Source: a virus. From it: DNA of 64,000 nucleotides. Under the pieces are notes generated by a model, which was not told the DNA's origin, searched no databases, and saw only the letters and a program-made list of their open reading frames with translations. Where the stretch lies: IMG/VR virus record IMGVR_UViG_3300023184_000079, positions 1 through 64,000 of that record; one strand, written 5' to 3'. Below, piece after piece: positions 10,405-21,261 of this stretch. A program made the position numbers and the translations under genes. How positions within the stretch are numbered: the first letter of the stretch is position 1; each line of letters opens with the position of its first letter.

Positions 10405-11385
10405 TTATAAATTACAAGCGGCAAATGCTATTTTAGAAATTGCTCTCGCAAGCCATTGTGGTGCTTTTTTCCATTGCTGGCCGCCCCCATATTCTCCCTC
10501 GTAGACCTGCTCAGGAGTAGTGTTAGAGAGAAACTCATTGATATAGTCTTTGTACTCTTCGGCTTCAATTTGAACCGCTTGTTCGCGGTCAAAGGCCCTT
10601 GCGTCATAACATAGGTACATATCACTAAGATCACGCCCGCCCATACGGAGGGCCGCTAGAGGCTTCTCAGTGTCGCTAACAAGCACAAACACTCCGGGAT
10701 GGCCCATATAACCGATGCCCTTTGGCGGGGGGCTATGGCGAATGCAATTGCCAAGTTCTTTCCCAGCCCGCCTATAGTCGTCGTCATTTGTTAGGCGGAT
10801 CATTTTCCAGCCGTTTTGATATTCATAAACAGGATTGAATTCGACCCAACGTGCACTGCCGATATAGCGAGAATTCTCCTGCACCCATGACGAAACATCT
10901 TCAACAGTCATGCCATCGATGTTTGGACGAGCAACCTGCTGAGGCATATTTTTAAGAATTATGGCGGCATTTTCAGTAACTGTGAGTAGCGATTCAGCGC
11001 GAGCATTCACTTCCGCAAGAGATTGCGGAATTCGTGCAGGATCAATCTCGGGAGGATTTGCCATATCAACAGGTCCAAGTTCGTTCATGTATTGGCGAGC
11101 CTGCTGCATTTCGTAATTGTTTGGGTCGTTCATCATTTGCTCAAACGATTGCAATATCTGCGTCATGTTACGAGTGAACCAACTGAAAAGTCTCCAAGAG
11201 GTTGGCTCGGCAGCGGCGAGAGTTTCCATACCCGTTTGAAGTGCATTCTTAATTGGCGGAGACAGCGCCTGAGCGCGGTTACTAGACATAATCTCTTGAA
11301 TAGCGGCTTGTGCGCGTTCCTCATCGTTTGCCATGAGGAGGAAAGACGAGAGCATTTCGACTCTTGTTTCAATTCTAAAAGCCAC
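10405..11385 (-). CDS. Leader-family protein (MAFRIETRVEML) with PcfJ-like domain
   Basis: Shared N-terminal leader; GWKMIRLTNDDDYRRAGKELGNCI resembles the PcfJ EG..M.HC motif. Confidence 0.65.
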   Translation of the reverse strand: MAFRIETRVEMLSSFLLMANDEERAQAAIQEIMSSNRAQALSPPIKNALQTGMETLAAAEPTSWRLFSWFTRNMTQILQSFEQMMNDPNNYEMQQARQYMNELGPVDMANPPEIDPARIPQSLAEVNARAESLLTVTENAAIILKNMPQQVARPNIDGMTVEDVSSWVQENSRYIGSARWVEFNPVYEYQNGWKMIRLTNDDDYRRAGKELGNCIRHSPPPKGIGYMGHPGVFVLVSDTEKPLAALRMGGRDLSDMYLCYDARAFDREQAVQIEAEEYKDYINEFLSNTTPEQVYEGEYGGGQQWKKAPQWLARAISKIAFAACNL

Positions 11386-11950
11386 GATACTTCCGATACG
11401 TTGCTGTCTTAAAAGAAAAACGAAATTGAAAATGATTTATATATTGTAAAGCCTCGCCAAGTGTAGAAAAAGAACCCGCCCTTCCAGAATTTTCCAAATA
11501 ATAATGTCCCGGATTGGGCCTTACAGGTTCAGGATCCTTGTAATCTCTCCAATATGGCCAAGTTTTTCTAGAACCGGGCGTTCTTGTAAAGTAATTTAAT
11601 AATTTTAAACTAAATTGATTTGGACCGGGAATTCCACTATCAGATATGTAATTTTCGTGAGAGCGTCCTTGCGGCGTGTTGCCATTGTAAGGAATGAATG
11701 CAACCTTTTCTGTCGGCCCCAATTTTGGTGGAAGAAGTTTGGTTTTTGCGGGAACAAGATCCCAAGGATTATTAGTCCAAGGACCTATATTTTCCGCAGT
11801 TATTTCATAGAGGTTATGCTTTTCATAATCCTCTGAAGAGCGAATGGGATAGGTATTCGCAGATTGCTGTTGATAGGCAATTTTTTCTTGTTCAGCAGAA
11901 AACTTATACCATTCTAAACGCTCTGCTGCTGTCTCAATACGAAAGGCCAT
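11375..11950 (-). CDS. Leader-family protein (MAFRIETAAERLEWYK)
   Basis: Real start taken as ATG 11950, because the track's upstream extension overlaps the MCP and a terminator. Confidence 0.7.
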   Translation of the reverse strand: MAFRIETAAERLEWYKFSAEQEKIAYQQQSANTYPIRSSEDYEKHNLYEITAENIGPWTNNPWDLVPAKTKLLPPKLGPTEKVAFIPYNGNTPQGRSHENYISDSGIPGPNQFSLKLLNYFTRTPGSRKTWPYWRDYKDPEPVRPNPGHYYLENSGRAGSFSTLGEALQYINHFQFRFSFKTATYRKYRGF

Positions 11951-11972
11951 TACACTTATTACTTTAGAGTTG

Positions 11973-12014
11973 TAGACCAAAAAGAAAGAGCCGCCCCCGA
12001 AGGGACGGCTCTGA
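11973..12014 (-). terminator. Terminator after major capsid gene; identical 42-nt copy at 35702-35743
   Basis: AGAGCCGTCCC-TTCG-GGGGCGGCTCT-TTCTTTTT on the minus strand. Confidence 0.85.
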
Positions 12015-12038
12015 CTTTCAATCTGATCTTTACTCTGA

Positions 12039-13109
12039 TTACGAGTAGAGACCGCGATCTTCGATGCTCGTACCCGGAGCACCATCGGTCTTGGGAGAAG
12101 CAGTGTACGAGTCGGACTTAACGACACGGGCGAGGCCGCGAGCGTTAAGCACGAGCATGCCCACGAGTTCGTCCATGACGAAGCCCTTGTAGAACTGCTC
12201 AACCTGATGGTTCTCTTCAACGTCAAGGCTGTACATGACGGGGAAGACGCCGACGTAGTTCGGCTCTGCGGCGAGGAAGATCTCGCCCTGTGGAACGATA
12301 ACCGACTTCATGAGTTCAAACTCACCGAACTGTGTGATGGCTTCGCCACCAACAGTCTTGTCCTTGAAGGCCCAACCGGTGACGTTGACATCCCATGTGT
12401 AGAGGTCACGCATGTCCTGCGGATGCATGAGCATGCGCTTGGCCTCTAGTTGTTCAATCTCAATCATCGAAACGGCAGAGTAGAAATCAACCGGCTCAAG
12501 CGGCGAACCAGCACCGACGAGAACGGTCTTCTCTGTGGAATGACCACCCGGACCGGCAGAGAGGCCAGTCGCGTAGCCACCGACGGGAGTTGTGCCGTTA
12601 GCGCCCTGCGAGACGATAGCAGACTCTAGGAGTAGGATAAGACGAGAGTCTTCCTGCTTCTGGATGGCCTGACGCGATTCGTCCTGTGCGTATTCAATTG
12701 CATTCACGCGGAGGTAATAGAGATCCTCTTTGCGGATGCGTGGGAATGCTGCGATGCGGAACAGTTGTGGGAAGGCCTGCTTGCCTTCAAACACCTGCAC
12801 CTTGACCTCGGCGTCAGTCTGATTCAAGACATACGCTTGACCAAGATCGTCAAGAATATCGTATGGCATGAGCGGACCGCGCTCTAGTGTGTCTTCGATG
12901 AGAACATTACGAGTAATGCCTTCGTAACGAAGACGAATCTGGATCGGACCGATCATACCCTGACCAATGCGCTGCATTGCATTGCTCTTGTCGGCTAGGA
13001 TCTGGGCGAGACGTTCCTTCTTTTGCGCTTGTGAGAGTTTGGGCAGATTTGCGAGTTTCTGCTCATACTCAGAACTAGCGACTGCTTTTCTGGCTGTTAC
13101 TAGGCTCAT
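12039..13109 (-). CDS. Major capsid protein
   Basis: 356 aa, strongly biased codons, followed by a strong terminator; HK97-like C-terminus (GFVMDELVGMLVLNARGLA); follows protease and decoration genes. Confidence 0.85.
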   Translation of the reverse strand: MSLVTARKAVASSEYEQKLANLPKLSQAQKKERLAQILADKSNAMQRIGQGMIGPIQIRLRYEGITRNVLIEDTLERGPLMPYDILDDLGQAYVLNQTDAEVKVQVFEGKQAFPQLFRIAAFPRIRKEDLYYLRVNAIEYAQDESRQAIQKQEDSRLILLLESAIVSQGANGTTPVGGYATGLSAGPGGHSTEKTVLVGAGSPLEPVDFYSAVSMIEIEQLEAKRMLMHPQDMRDLYTWDVNVTGWAFKDKTVGGEAITQFGEFELMKSVIVPQGEIFLAAEPNYVGVFPVMYSLDVEENHQVEQFYKGFVMDELVGMLVLNARGLARVVKSDSYTASPKTDGAPGTSIEDRGLYS

Positions 13110-13134
13110 AGTTAATTATATTCCTGTTCTTATA

Positions 13135-13716
13135 TTAGACGAGTAGTTCGATGATGATAGCCTTGTCGGAAACTCGGCTAACTAGACGTGCTGTGGAGTT
13201 GTGCCAGTCCATACCGGGACGAGCGCTGTTATCAAAGTAAAGACGACCAGTTGTTTCATCACCGGTCAAGTAGATCTCGTTCGACGCTGTGCCGTCTTCG
13301 TTTGCCGCTTCAGCAGCAAGATCAGTGTCGTCGAACACTGGGGCGAGGACCTCAAAGACGCCACCGACGCCGCGCCAAATGCCGACCTCGGAACGATCAC
13401 CGAGTTCGTCTAGTTCGCCACCAATGAAGTTAGCGAAGAGACCAAATGGACGACGAGCACCTTCGTTGACAGAATCGTCGTCTATGTACTGATTCGAGTT
13501 CTGCGGACGAACGTTTTCACCGACAGTCTTTAGAGCGATCATACCGGGCCAAATTGCAGCCTTGCCAGCCTCTGCCGAAATATCGAAGGGGTTGGTTAGG
13601 CTACGATCTACGCTGGCATCAAGAGTTGCAGCGTAGGGGTAAGCCTGAGTTTGCGCGTATAGAGCGCGGAGTGTGCGGCGCTTGTTTACGTTTGCTAGTT
13701 TCTGTAGTCTTAGCAT
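13135..13716 (-). CDS. Putative capsid decoration/minor head protein
   Basis: 193 aa between protease/scaffold and MCP; AGGAG SD. Confidence 0.6.
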   Translation of the reverse strand: MLRLQKLANVNKRRTLRALYAQTQAYPYAATLDASVDRSLTNPFDISAEAGKAAIWPGMIALKTVGENVRPQNSNQYIDDDSVNEGARRPFGLFANFIGGELDELGDRSEVGIWRGVGGVFEVLAPVFDDTDLAAEAANEDGTASNEIYLTGDETTGRLYFDNSARPGMDWHNSTARLVSRVSDKAIIIELLV

Positions 13717-13761
13717 GTTGGTTTATTTCTCCTAGTTTTCACTAATTAATTTTGAGATGTG

Positions 13762-16296
13762 TTAAGAAAATAGTGCCGAGTCTTCAATTTCGGTCGAATT
13801 CGGTTCTGTATGTGAATGTAGAATCCCGGCAGTCTTTAGCGACGGCACACGACCTGCGACCTTTTTGGACACGGGCTTATTGAGACCCGCCTTCTTAACG
13901 CTAGCGAGGGTCTCTTCACGGACATGTAATTGCTCCGGCGACTCATCTTCAAGATCAGCCGCGCGGTCGAACTTTTCTTCCTCTGGAATCATGCCCAGAG
14001 AAACCTCTGTCTCAGCAATCTTGAGGGCGCTGAAGATGTGAGCCTTCATGTTACCTCTTGACATTGCCTGACCCATGGGGCCACCGACCTGATTACCATT
14101 GCCGTCTGTGGTGACGGGTTGCCCGACATGCATCGGATCGGATCGGAATGTTTGAGTATCGGGACCGACCTCTTCACGAAGAGGAGCCGCAACATCGACC
14201 TGAAGGGCGGCGTTTTCAGCATTAAAATACTCAACGGACTTCTTACGACGACGAGCCTGACGACCCGTATCATAACCCGGTTCACGACCCGGCATACTGG
14301 GCATGTCTTCTTCCATACCAAATTCTTCTTCCATGCCCATCTCTGGCTCGCCCATTCCGGGTTCGCCTGCTTCTTCTTCCGAAATCTTCTCTTCGGCAAG
14401 ATCAAGAAGTTGCTCACCATCAAGGTTTTCAATAAAATCGGCCGCTTCGTCACCTAGTTCACGACGAATTAGTTCAATAATATCTTCGCCTTCTTCGTGC
14501 ATAACATCTTCGTGCATCTCGTGATCGCTATCAGCAAAACTGCCGATATCGCCAGACATATCGTCTTCCATGGGATCCATGGGGTCAACATCGCCGTAGG
14601 CTGCTTCTTTATCCTTCTTCTTATTTCTCATGAATGCAGGTAGTCCCTTCTTTTTCTTTTTTTCTTTGCCGTCAGCCTTCTCTTCGGCTTCAGAATCCTC
14701 TTCATCGTTCTTCTTTGACGCAGCAACGCCAATAGGACCTTGACCGGCGGAACCGACCTCAGAAGAGACAGGATTTTCCTGATTCTTGTTTGGGAAAGTT
14801 TTTGTACCCGGTGCGACCATGTCGCTTCCGGGATTTCGGATAAGGGCTTCTTGTTGCGTGTGCTTCTCAGCATCGCCAGTCATTTCGCCACCTACGGCTT
14901 CTAGATCCGCCTCATGCTCCTCAGAATCATTCCAAGCAGGCTCGGCAGCAGTTTTAGTTGCTGCAAGGTATTGAGTTAACTGTTCAAGAGCCTTGTCAAG
15001 TTTTGTTTCTTGATGAGACATAAAGTTAATTTCCTTGTTGTTCTTCGATTCGACAGGTTTCTGTGATTTCGATACTGGTTTTGGATTTACAACTTTGTCA
15101 GAAGTAATCCGATTTGGTGGTAGGATCGGTTTTTCAATCCTTGTTAAAAGACCACCGTTTTTAACAATAGTCCACTCACTATTTATATTTGCTGTATCTT
15201 TGTTTTTTACAGTAGACTGCAGATTTAGCGAGGGGGGACCGGCAGGGCCGGGTCGGGATTCAAACGGCGCTGGAAGTCCCGGCGCTGGAGGACCAGCGGC
15301 TGACGGAGGTGTTGTTCCCGGCATGTCAAGGTCGCCTTGACGTTCTTGGATATTCTCTTGTGCCGCTTCGATATCTGGATCGGCAAGGCTTTCCGGTGGC
15401 TGATGATCATCAAGGAGAGATTCTTCTGGCTGCTCGTAACCACAGACTTGGCACTTGCCGTCTTCCATAGTGTTACCACAGAGATCGCAAACTTTCTCTT
15501 GACGGAGAGTGTTGACGTGGTCGGGGGAGCGCTCAAGATCTGCCTGCGGCTTGTCGGCCTGCTTTTTTGCAGCCTGTTTCTTCACTTTGGATATCCTATC
15601 TAGAACTAGAGCCGTTTCATCAGCGGGATCAAAGACGTAAGAAATTTCAAAGAATCCAATGTCGTAACAATCTTCGTAAGAACGGCGACTTGTGCGCTCT
15701 CCTGTGCTAGAAACAAAATCAAATTCCGCGCCCTTGCTGTGAACATGATCGCAGTATTCGTCAGTCGATGTCGCCCAGTTGTCGCAGATGTTGCACTGAG
15801 TGCGCTCAACGTTCGCGCCCATTGAAACCGAATCGATGTCGCCAGAGATGATAGCCTTCGCAAGTTTTGGGAACTGGCGGGCGTCAGTCTCTAGAAGAAG
15901 TTCAATCCATGTCGGAGGCTTGTGATTGTCAGGTGCAAAAGCGTAATAAGGATCAAGAGCCGAAGCCTTCTTGAGGTCGTCTTCAACGTGCAGACGGGCG
16001 TCAATGATGACGCCACGGGCACGGCTTGGGTCCGTATTGTTATGGTCAACAAAGATTGGCTTACCAACGAACGTACGATACGCCTTAGACAGTTCTTCAG
16101 CAGGCCATCCATCATGGTTCTTGTTAACACGACTGGAGATGGCTCGCACCTTGGTGTAGATGTAGCCGTCTTGCAGACGATAGTTGTGCTCGTTGTCTTT
16201 GCCGATAGAGGCAAACTTGTTTAGTTTGGCACCAGCAACACGATGAGAACTGGATCGAACGTCTAGAATTTCTGCTTTTGCGAATTTAGTAAACAT
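13762..16296 (-). CDS. Prohead maturation protease fused to scaffold-like region
   Basis: N-terminal NKNHDGW...FVGKPIFVDH...SVSMG...C..C...FFEISYV.DPAD pattern of large-phage prohead proteases; acidic, low-complexity C-terminal half. Confidence 0.7.
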   Translation of the reverse strand: MFTKFAKAEILDVRSSSHRVAGAKLNKFASIGKDNEHNYRLQDGYIYTKVRAISSRVNKNHDGWPAEELSKAYRTFVGKPIFVDHNNTDPSRARGVIIDARLHVEDDLKKASALDPYYAFAPDNHKPPTWIELLLETDARQFPKLAKAIISGDIDSVSMGANVERTQCNICDNWATSTDEYCDHVHSKGAEFDFVSSTGERTSRRSYEDCYDIGFFEISYVFDPADETALVLDRISKVKKQAAKKQADKPQADLERSPDHVNTLRQEKVCDLCGNTMEDGKCQVCGYEQPEESLLDDHQPPESLADPDIEAAQENIQERQGDLDMPGTTPPSAAGPPAPGLPAPFESRPGPAGPPSLNLQSTVKNKDTANINSEWTIVKNGGLLTRIEKPILPPNRITSDKVVNPKPVSKSQKPVESKNNKEINFMSHQETKLDKALEQLTQYLAATKTAAEPAWNDSEEHEADLEAVGGEMTGDAEKHTQQEALIRNPGSDMVAPGTKTFPNKNQENPVSSEVGSAGQGPIGVAASKKNDEEDSEAEEKADGKEKKKKKGLPAFMRNKKKDKEAAYGDVDPMDPMEDDMSGDIGSFADSDHEMHEDVMHEEGEDIIELIRRELGDEAADFIENLDGEQLLDLAEEKISEEEAGEPGMGEPEMGMEEEFGMEEDMPSMPGREPGYDTGRQARRRKKSVEYFNAENAALQVDVAAPLREEVGPDTQTFRSDPMHVGQPVTTDGNGNQVGGPMGQAMSRGNMKAHIFSALKIAETEVSLGMIPEEEKFDRAADLEDESPEQLHVREETLASVKKAGLNKPVSKKVAGRVPSLKTAGILHSHTEPNSTEIEDSALFS

Positions 16297-17447
16297 TAGT
16301 TTTCGACAATACCGCTTCCATCACAATCGCCACATTCCATTTGATCATCGGCCTCGGGATGGTCGCTATTATAGTAGCCCTTACCATCACATTCGGGACA
16401 AATTTTGTATAAAGAATTTAATTTTTCCTGTTGCTCGGGACTAATCCTCTTGCGGGGAGATAGCGGTCGATCAGCCCTCCCGGCTCCGCGCTTGCGAAGG
16501 AAGGCTAGGCGCTTTCTCTTGGCTTCTGCAACTAGGTTGGCTGCGGTATCAACAGCATTCATAGCCTTGCTCATGCCATCCTTATGACAATCGCAATCGC
16601 AGGAACCATCCTTGCAACACTGACACTCGTCATTTGCGCGCTTAACAAGAATTGCTGAGTAGACAGAACCTGTCTTTGCAAAACGAGAAATCTTGTATTC
16701 TTTGCCAAACTCCCGAATAAGTTCAAGACGTGCGCGCTTTTGAGATACATCGGCATTACGCTTAACAATAAGGGAGCGCGCACTTTTGCGCTTTCGTTCA
16801 TTTTTGCATTTGTCACAACTATTGCAAAGAGGCGTTCCTAGATTGCGCTCACCATTGTTCCAAGCGGCGCATCCTCGCGGACGACGGCCCTTATTAAACA
16901 AGGGCTCTTTATTGTAAATGGGTTCCTCAATATCAATATCTTCTCGTTCTTGTCTAGCCATTGAATTCTTGCGAGCAGAATCACATTTTTTGCAAGAGCC
17001 GGGAGCGCATGGCTTGGTGCCCTGTACGCGCTTATAGCCGTCCCAGCATTGGCAATTCTTGTTAGCCATCGGCTGCATTGGAACGGGATTCTTAACCGGA
17101 GGGCGTTGCGCAAGAAGGCTTTTTTCGGGACCTTTGTCAATTGTCTTATGAACTTCCTCATCCTTTTCGATGAGTTTTTTGATCATTTCAATGATCTTGT
17201 CTAGTTTGTCTTCTTCGCCTTCTTCGTGAAATTCGCTTTCGGTGACGATATCATCATCATCCATTGCTTCTTCAACCTCATCAAACTCGGCAATGCGAAG
17301 AGTCGCAACAAAGTAATCTCCGTCCATACCAGCCGATTTGACGCGGCGAAAAGAAAGGATTTCGGAGTGTGGGTATTCTATAACCAACTGGCTCAAAGCC
17401 TTTTGGCTTGTGATGTTGGCGGGTCTTTTAACAATTGTCTGTTTCAT
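16296..17447 (-). CDS. Hypothetical head-associated Cys-rich protein
   Basis: 383 aa; CWDGYKRVQGTKPCAPGSC and CPECDGKG...CGDCDGSG motifs. Confidence 0.6.
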   Translation of the reverse strand: MKQTIVKRPANITSQKALSQLVIEYPHSEILSFRRVKSAGMDGDYFVATLRIAEFDEVEEAMDDDDIVTESEFHEEGEEDKLDKIIEMIKKLIEKDEEVHKTIDKGPEKSLLAQRPPVKNPVPMQPMANKNCQCWDGYKRVQGTKPCAPGSCKKCDSARKNSMARQEREDIDIEEPIYNKEPLFNKGRRPRGCAAWNNGERNLGTPLCNSCDKCKNERKRKSARSLIVKRNADVSQKRARLELIREFGKEYKISRFAKTGSVYSAILVKRANDECQCCKDGSCDCDCHKDGMSKAMNAVDTAANLVAEAKRKRLAFLRKRGAGRADRPLSPRKRISPEQQEKLNSLYKICPECDGKGYYNSDHPEADDQMECGDCDGSGIVEN

Positions 17448-17460
17448 AATGTAGCCTCTA

Positions 17461-18897
17461 TTAGATTATGTTGGTGGAAACCTTAACTTTAATGATATAA
17501 AGTAGACCAACGTAGTCCATTCGCGGATTTAGATGATGCGCTGTTGTTGTCGTATCGGCAAGATCGGGCCAATTCGCGGTCTCGCCAGTGACTTGATTTT
17601 GTGATGTATTGGTAGTAGTGATTTGTGTTGCCGCTGGACCTGTGTCAACAGTGGCTACCAAAGGATTTGTTGCCGACACCATATAGTTTGTGTATGACAA
17701 CTCACGCCCAGCATCCCACTCATTTGGCGTGTTCATGTCTGTAAGAATTCTTGTATCAAGACGATCATAGGCTAGCGTCCCCTGATTGGACGCAAGACGA
17801 ACAGAATTGCTAGTGAATGCGTAAAAGCCAGAACCACCAAGCCCGGTGATAACCGGGGGTTGACCCCCATAGGGGTAGTAATTAGGGTTATTTCCCTGTA
17901 GAGCGGTTGCTGGCGGAAGGTTATTACCCTCGCCATCCTTTAGTGGGGCTCTTCCGCCACTGGTGTCTTTTTTGCGAATGTTGTGGATATGGTTATCGTC
18001 TGCGACAAGGATATTTCCTGTTGAGCCTCCTACTTTGCCTGTTCCTTTTTTTACGATTTGATTATACTTGTTATCAGGCGCGGCCATATCAACTGAATCG
18101 GCAGAGGTACCATAATGCGAGTGATTTGGTATCAGATGCTGATGGTTCATGCCGTGCTGATGGGGGTTCAGGATATGCTTGTGATTAGTGATGCTATGGA
18201 CGTGAGGCATCGCGTGGCTGTGGGACGGAATAAGAAGAGCCGAACCAGCCCCGTGATGGTGTGTTATGTCGCGAATGACATTCGTACCAGACTTGGCCGT
18301 GCCAATTGCTGTCTCTTTCCCGGAGTCGTAGCCAACACCGGGGGCATAACTAGGGCCGTCTTGCGGCTCGGCTTGGCCGTCATCAATGTTATTGTAATCA
18401 GTAATTGCATCAGCACCCTGAGTGTTCTGGGCACCGACAACAGTCTTGTTGCGAAGATCAGGAACAACAATTGGCTGTGTAAAACCATACGAATGGTCGG
18501 CAATCTCACTTCCGTCGCAGACGACCCAACCATTTGGCGGCTGAAGATTGGCAACTGGACGCCACCACGCAACAATTGTTCCAAGTGGAACGTCATTGAA
18601 GTTTAGGCCAGAGATAACATTGTAGAGATTCTTTCCAGATTTCTGCTCAGGATAGTTTCCGTAGCCACCGCCGGGAACACGCTCCTTATCGGACCAGCCG
18701 TAGGGTTTGCTTGCACCGCCGATCCATTGGGATTCAACGCCAGTTGGATACTGTGTTGCGCTGCTTTGTCCGGGTCCTCCGTCCGGGCCACCAATTATCT
18801 CATCGATTTTGTCCCAGTTGTAAGAAAGATCGTTGTGGCTGTATTGGTCTGTTCCCAGATCCCATATGCGAAATCTTCCTAAAAGAGATTTTCGCAT
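17461..18897 (-). CDS. Tail collar-domain fibre protein
   Basis: VPLGTIVAW...PPNGWVVCDG...PDLR collar motif; H-x-H repeats. Confidence 0.7.
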   Translation of the reverse strand: MRKSLLGRFRIWDLGTDQYSHNDLSYNWDKIDEIIGGPDGGPGQSSATQYPTGVESQWIGGASKPYGWSDKERVPGGGYGNYPEQKSGKNLYNVISGLNFNDVPLGTIVAWWRPVANLQPPNGWVVCDGSEIADHSYGFTQPIVVPDLRNKTVVGAQNTQGADAITDYNNIDDGQAEPQDGPSYAPGVGYDSGKETAIGTAKSGTNVIRDITHHHGAGSALLIPSHSHAMPHVHSITNHKHILNPHQHGMNHQHLIPNHSHYGTSADSVDMAAPDNKYNQIVKKGTGKVGGSTGNILVADDNHIHNIRKKDTSGGRAPLKDGEGNNLPPATALQGNNPNYYPYGGQPPVITGLGGSGFYAFTSNSVRLASNQGTLAYDRLDTRILTDMNTPNEWDAGRELSYTNYMVSATNPLVATVDTGPAATQITTTNTSQNQVTGETANWPDLADTTTTAHHLNPRMDYVGLLYIIKVKVSTNII

Positions 18898-18900
18898 TTA

Positions 18901-21261
18901 TTAAGCCCCAAACAAGAAGTAGTCGTCGTCTTCAAATCCCATTTCCTCGGGATAATGTGTGCCCTCTAAGTCAAGTTTGTCTAGATTGCGAGCGACGCCA
19001 CCTTCATTAATAAAATGTTTTTGTTCATGAGGTTGGTAATCGTAACCTGCAGTTTTGTTGGGCTTCTTGCTTTTCGGAGATTTCGGAGGCTGGGGGCTTT
19101 GCATTCTGCGGGAACCAATTTCGACATCCTGACCCTGCGCTTGCTGTTCAAGAATACGCACCTGCCTACGGATCCACTTCTCGCTATTTATTAGGGAGCG
19201 AGGGTCAGACGGTGTTGCAGAAAAGTTTCCGACTTTCACTCCATTCCAATAAACGGTATAATGACCCGTTCCACCCAGAGTTACAATAAACTTTTCGCTC
19301 TCTAGGCGATCCTTGAGCGCTTTCACATCTCTGTTGGACACAGAGTAGTAATGGTCCTCAAGGCTTGCCTTACGCCCGCCGCTTAAATCTGTTGTACCCA
19401 CGCCGTCTTGATGCCCCGGGCCTGCGTCATCCATTGTTTCAGGAGTTCCTGCTAGGGCGTCGTGCTCATCACCGCCGATTTCATTGGGGTTGAGTTTATC
19501 AACCTTTTCAATGTTTAAATCTTGAACCATAATGTCTTTAAGCGAGATGATATAGGGATGACCATCGTCATCGGGGAAAGCGGAATCGACACGGGTGACT
19601 TCGATGTATTGTGGATTGATTTCTTCGACCTTAATAACCTCGGGAAGTTCACCCTCGGGACCAATCTTGTAGACGCTACCGATTTCTAACTCGTCTCCTT
19701 CGGAATCCTGAATGCGGTCGCCATCGGCAGAACCCTCTTCATAATCGTCTTCGCCCGGATATTCGTAAAATCGAACATCCTCACCCTCATCCTCGCTAGT
19801 TGCAGTAATAATCCAATTACGACTGCTTGCCATGACAAGATCCCCGGCAGGAGCAGACTCGTACGAACCGTTATCTACTGCGGAACCATAATCCGCATAA
19901 TTCTCAGCCGGTAGGTAATCGTTATACGAAGGAGAGGAATCACCGGTATTGGTCATGTTATCGGTTTTAACAACAGTCTCTTCCTGAGGAGTTTCGTAGT
20001 CTTCGTAGAATTCTTCTATCTCAGGTTGTTCAAACTCAACCTCTTGTGTCTCCTCCATGACGGGATTCTGCGCTTGTTCAAAAGCCTTCTGCTCTTCGCG
20101 CTGTTGCTTGCGCTCTTCTGTTTCGCGTGCTTTTGTATCCCAATATTCGTTCAGGACCATCTCGGGTTTAAAGCGGCATTTAGTGCCCTCTGCTTCGCCC
20201 CAGCCGCCCTTGCAGGAGTTCTGAGTGTAAAGATGCTGGGACAACGCACTGAGCGCAGAGCCGGGGTCATGGAGCGCTACAGCGTAGTCAACGAGATCAG
20301 CGTGATATGGGCACATTTTTGGCTTGCGAGCAGCCACGACTCTTAGCGTTTTGGTGATCTTGGGATACACGGGGAAGTTCAGTGTCTGGGGAACAGTGCT
20401 TGTTGGAGCCTGAGAAGGTTGTGCCGCAGGGGCTGGCTGCTGTGTAGGCTGATTTGTGGCCTCAATGGAGACAACAGGGCAGTCTGGAAGCGCCGGTACG
20501 TTTGAACAGGCCTGCTGGCCAATCACCACTGGTCGGTTGCACTTGCGACAGATGGCGCTATTGGGCTGGTCAGCGGCGACTTTCGATTCTTTTTTCTCTT
20601 TACCACTGGCCTCATCACGAGCCTTGGTGTATTCTTCGCCGAAAACATTCTCAAAGAGTTCGTCAAGGGACTTGATTGCAGGGTTGTCTTCGCCGGAGTC
20701 TTCTTTGTCAGCAAACTCAATCATTGCAGGAATGCCTTCAGAGATAAGTTCGGAAACGAGTTCCATTGCGCTGTCAATATCGTCTGCCTCTACATGATCG
20801 TGAATAACGCTGAGAGTGCCACCGATGTCGTTGACATCCTTTAGGTACTCATCGCCATCACCGTGTGTCATGTTATAATTGCCGGTGCCACCATTTTCGG
20901 GATGAGAGTTAATGCCATCAATTTCTATAGCAAAGGTGCCGGAACTAGGTTCGGTAGTGCTTGTGTAATTGAATGGCGACTGATATGCGGGAACACCATC
21001 TGCATAATTTGTAGAACTCTCGTCGCCGGTCAATGCGTCTCCGACGTCCTCGCCGCCCTTAAAGACGGCTTGACCAATAGCCCCTCTTGCGCCGAACCCA
21101 AGTGCTTTGCCTGCGAGACCGCCTAGACCGCCAGCGGCTGCCGCACCTTCACCCGCAGCAGCAGCACCGGCACCAATACCGAGCGCCTCGGCAATTGGCG
21201 CGGCCAATGCAAGTAGCGGTGCAAAAGAAACTTTTTGGTTGGCCTGTCTCGCATTGTTCAT
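18901..21261 (-). CDS. Large acidic head-region protein with HicA-like segment (probably C-terminal part of an 18901-21987 readthrough product)
   Basis: 786 aa; no SD before ATG 21261; upstream frame open to the TAG at 21466. Confidence 0.65.
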   Translation of the reverse strand: MNNARQANQKVSFAPLLALAAPIAEALGIGAGAAAAGEGAAAAGGLGGLAGKALGFGARGAIGQAVFKGGEDVGDALTGDESSTNYADGVPAYQSPFNYTSTTEPSSGTFAIEIDGINSHPENGGTGNYNMTHGDGDEYLKDVNDIGGTLSVIHDHVEADDIDSAMELVSELISEGIPAMIEFADKEDSGEDNPAIKSLDELFENVFGEEYTKARDEASGKEKKESKVAADQPNSAICRKCNRPVVIGQQACSNVPALPDCPVVSIEATNQPTQQPAPAAQPSQAPTSTVPQTLNFPVYPKITKTLRVVAARKPKMCPYHADLVDYAVALHDPGSALSALSQHLYTQNSCKGGWGEAEGTKCRFKPEMVLNEYWDTKARETEERKQQREEQKAFEQAQNPVMEETQEVEFEQPEIEEFYEDYETPQEETVVKTDNMTNTGDSSPSYNDYLPAENYADYGSAVDNGSYESAPAGDLVMASSRNWIITATSEDEGEDVRFYEYPGEDDYEEGSADGDRIQDSEGDELEIGSVYKIGPEGELPEVIKVEEINPQYIEVTRVDSAFPDDDGHPYIISLKDIMVQDLNIEKVDKLNPNEIGGDEHDALAGTPETMDDAGPGHQDGVGTTDLSGGRKASLEDHYYSVSNRDVKALKDRLESEKFIVTLGGTGHYTVYWNGVKVGNFSATPSDPRSLINSEKWIRRQVRILEQQAQGQDVEIGSRRMQSPQPPKSPKSKKPNKTAGYDYQPHEQKHFINEGGVARNLDKLDLEGTHYPEEMGFEDDDYFLFGA

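Noticed and set aside
11951-12226. Track's N-terminal extensions (also 33980, 34542, 47695, 52090, 57144, 61980)
   Set aside because: They overlap upstream genes, terminators or promoters; the downstream ATGs coincide with leader or promoter motifs.
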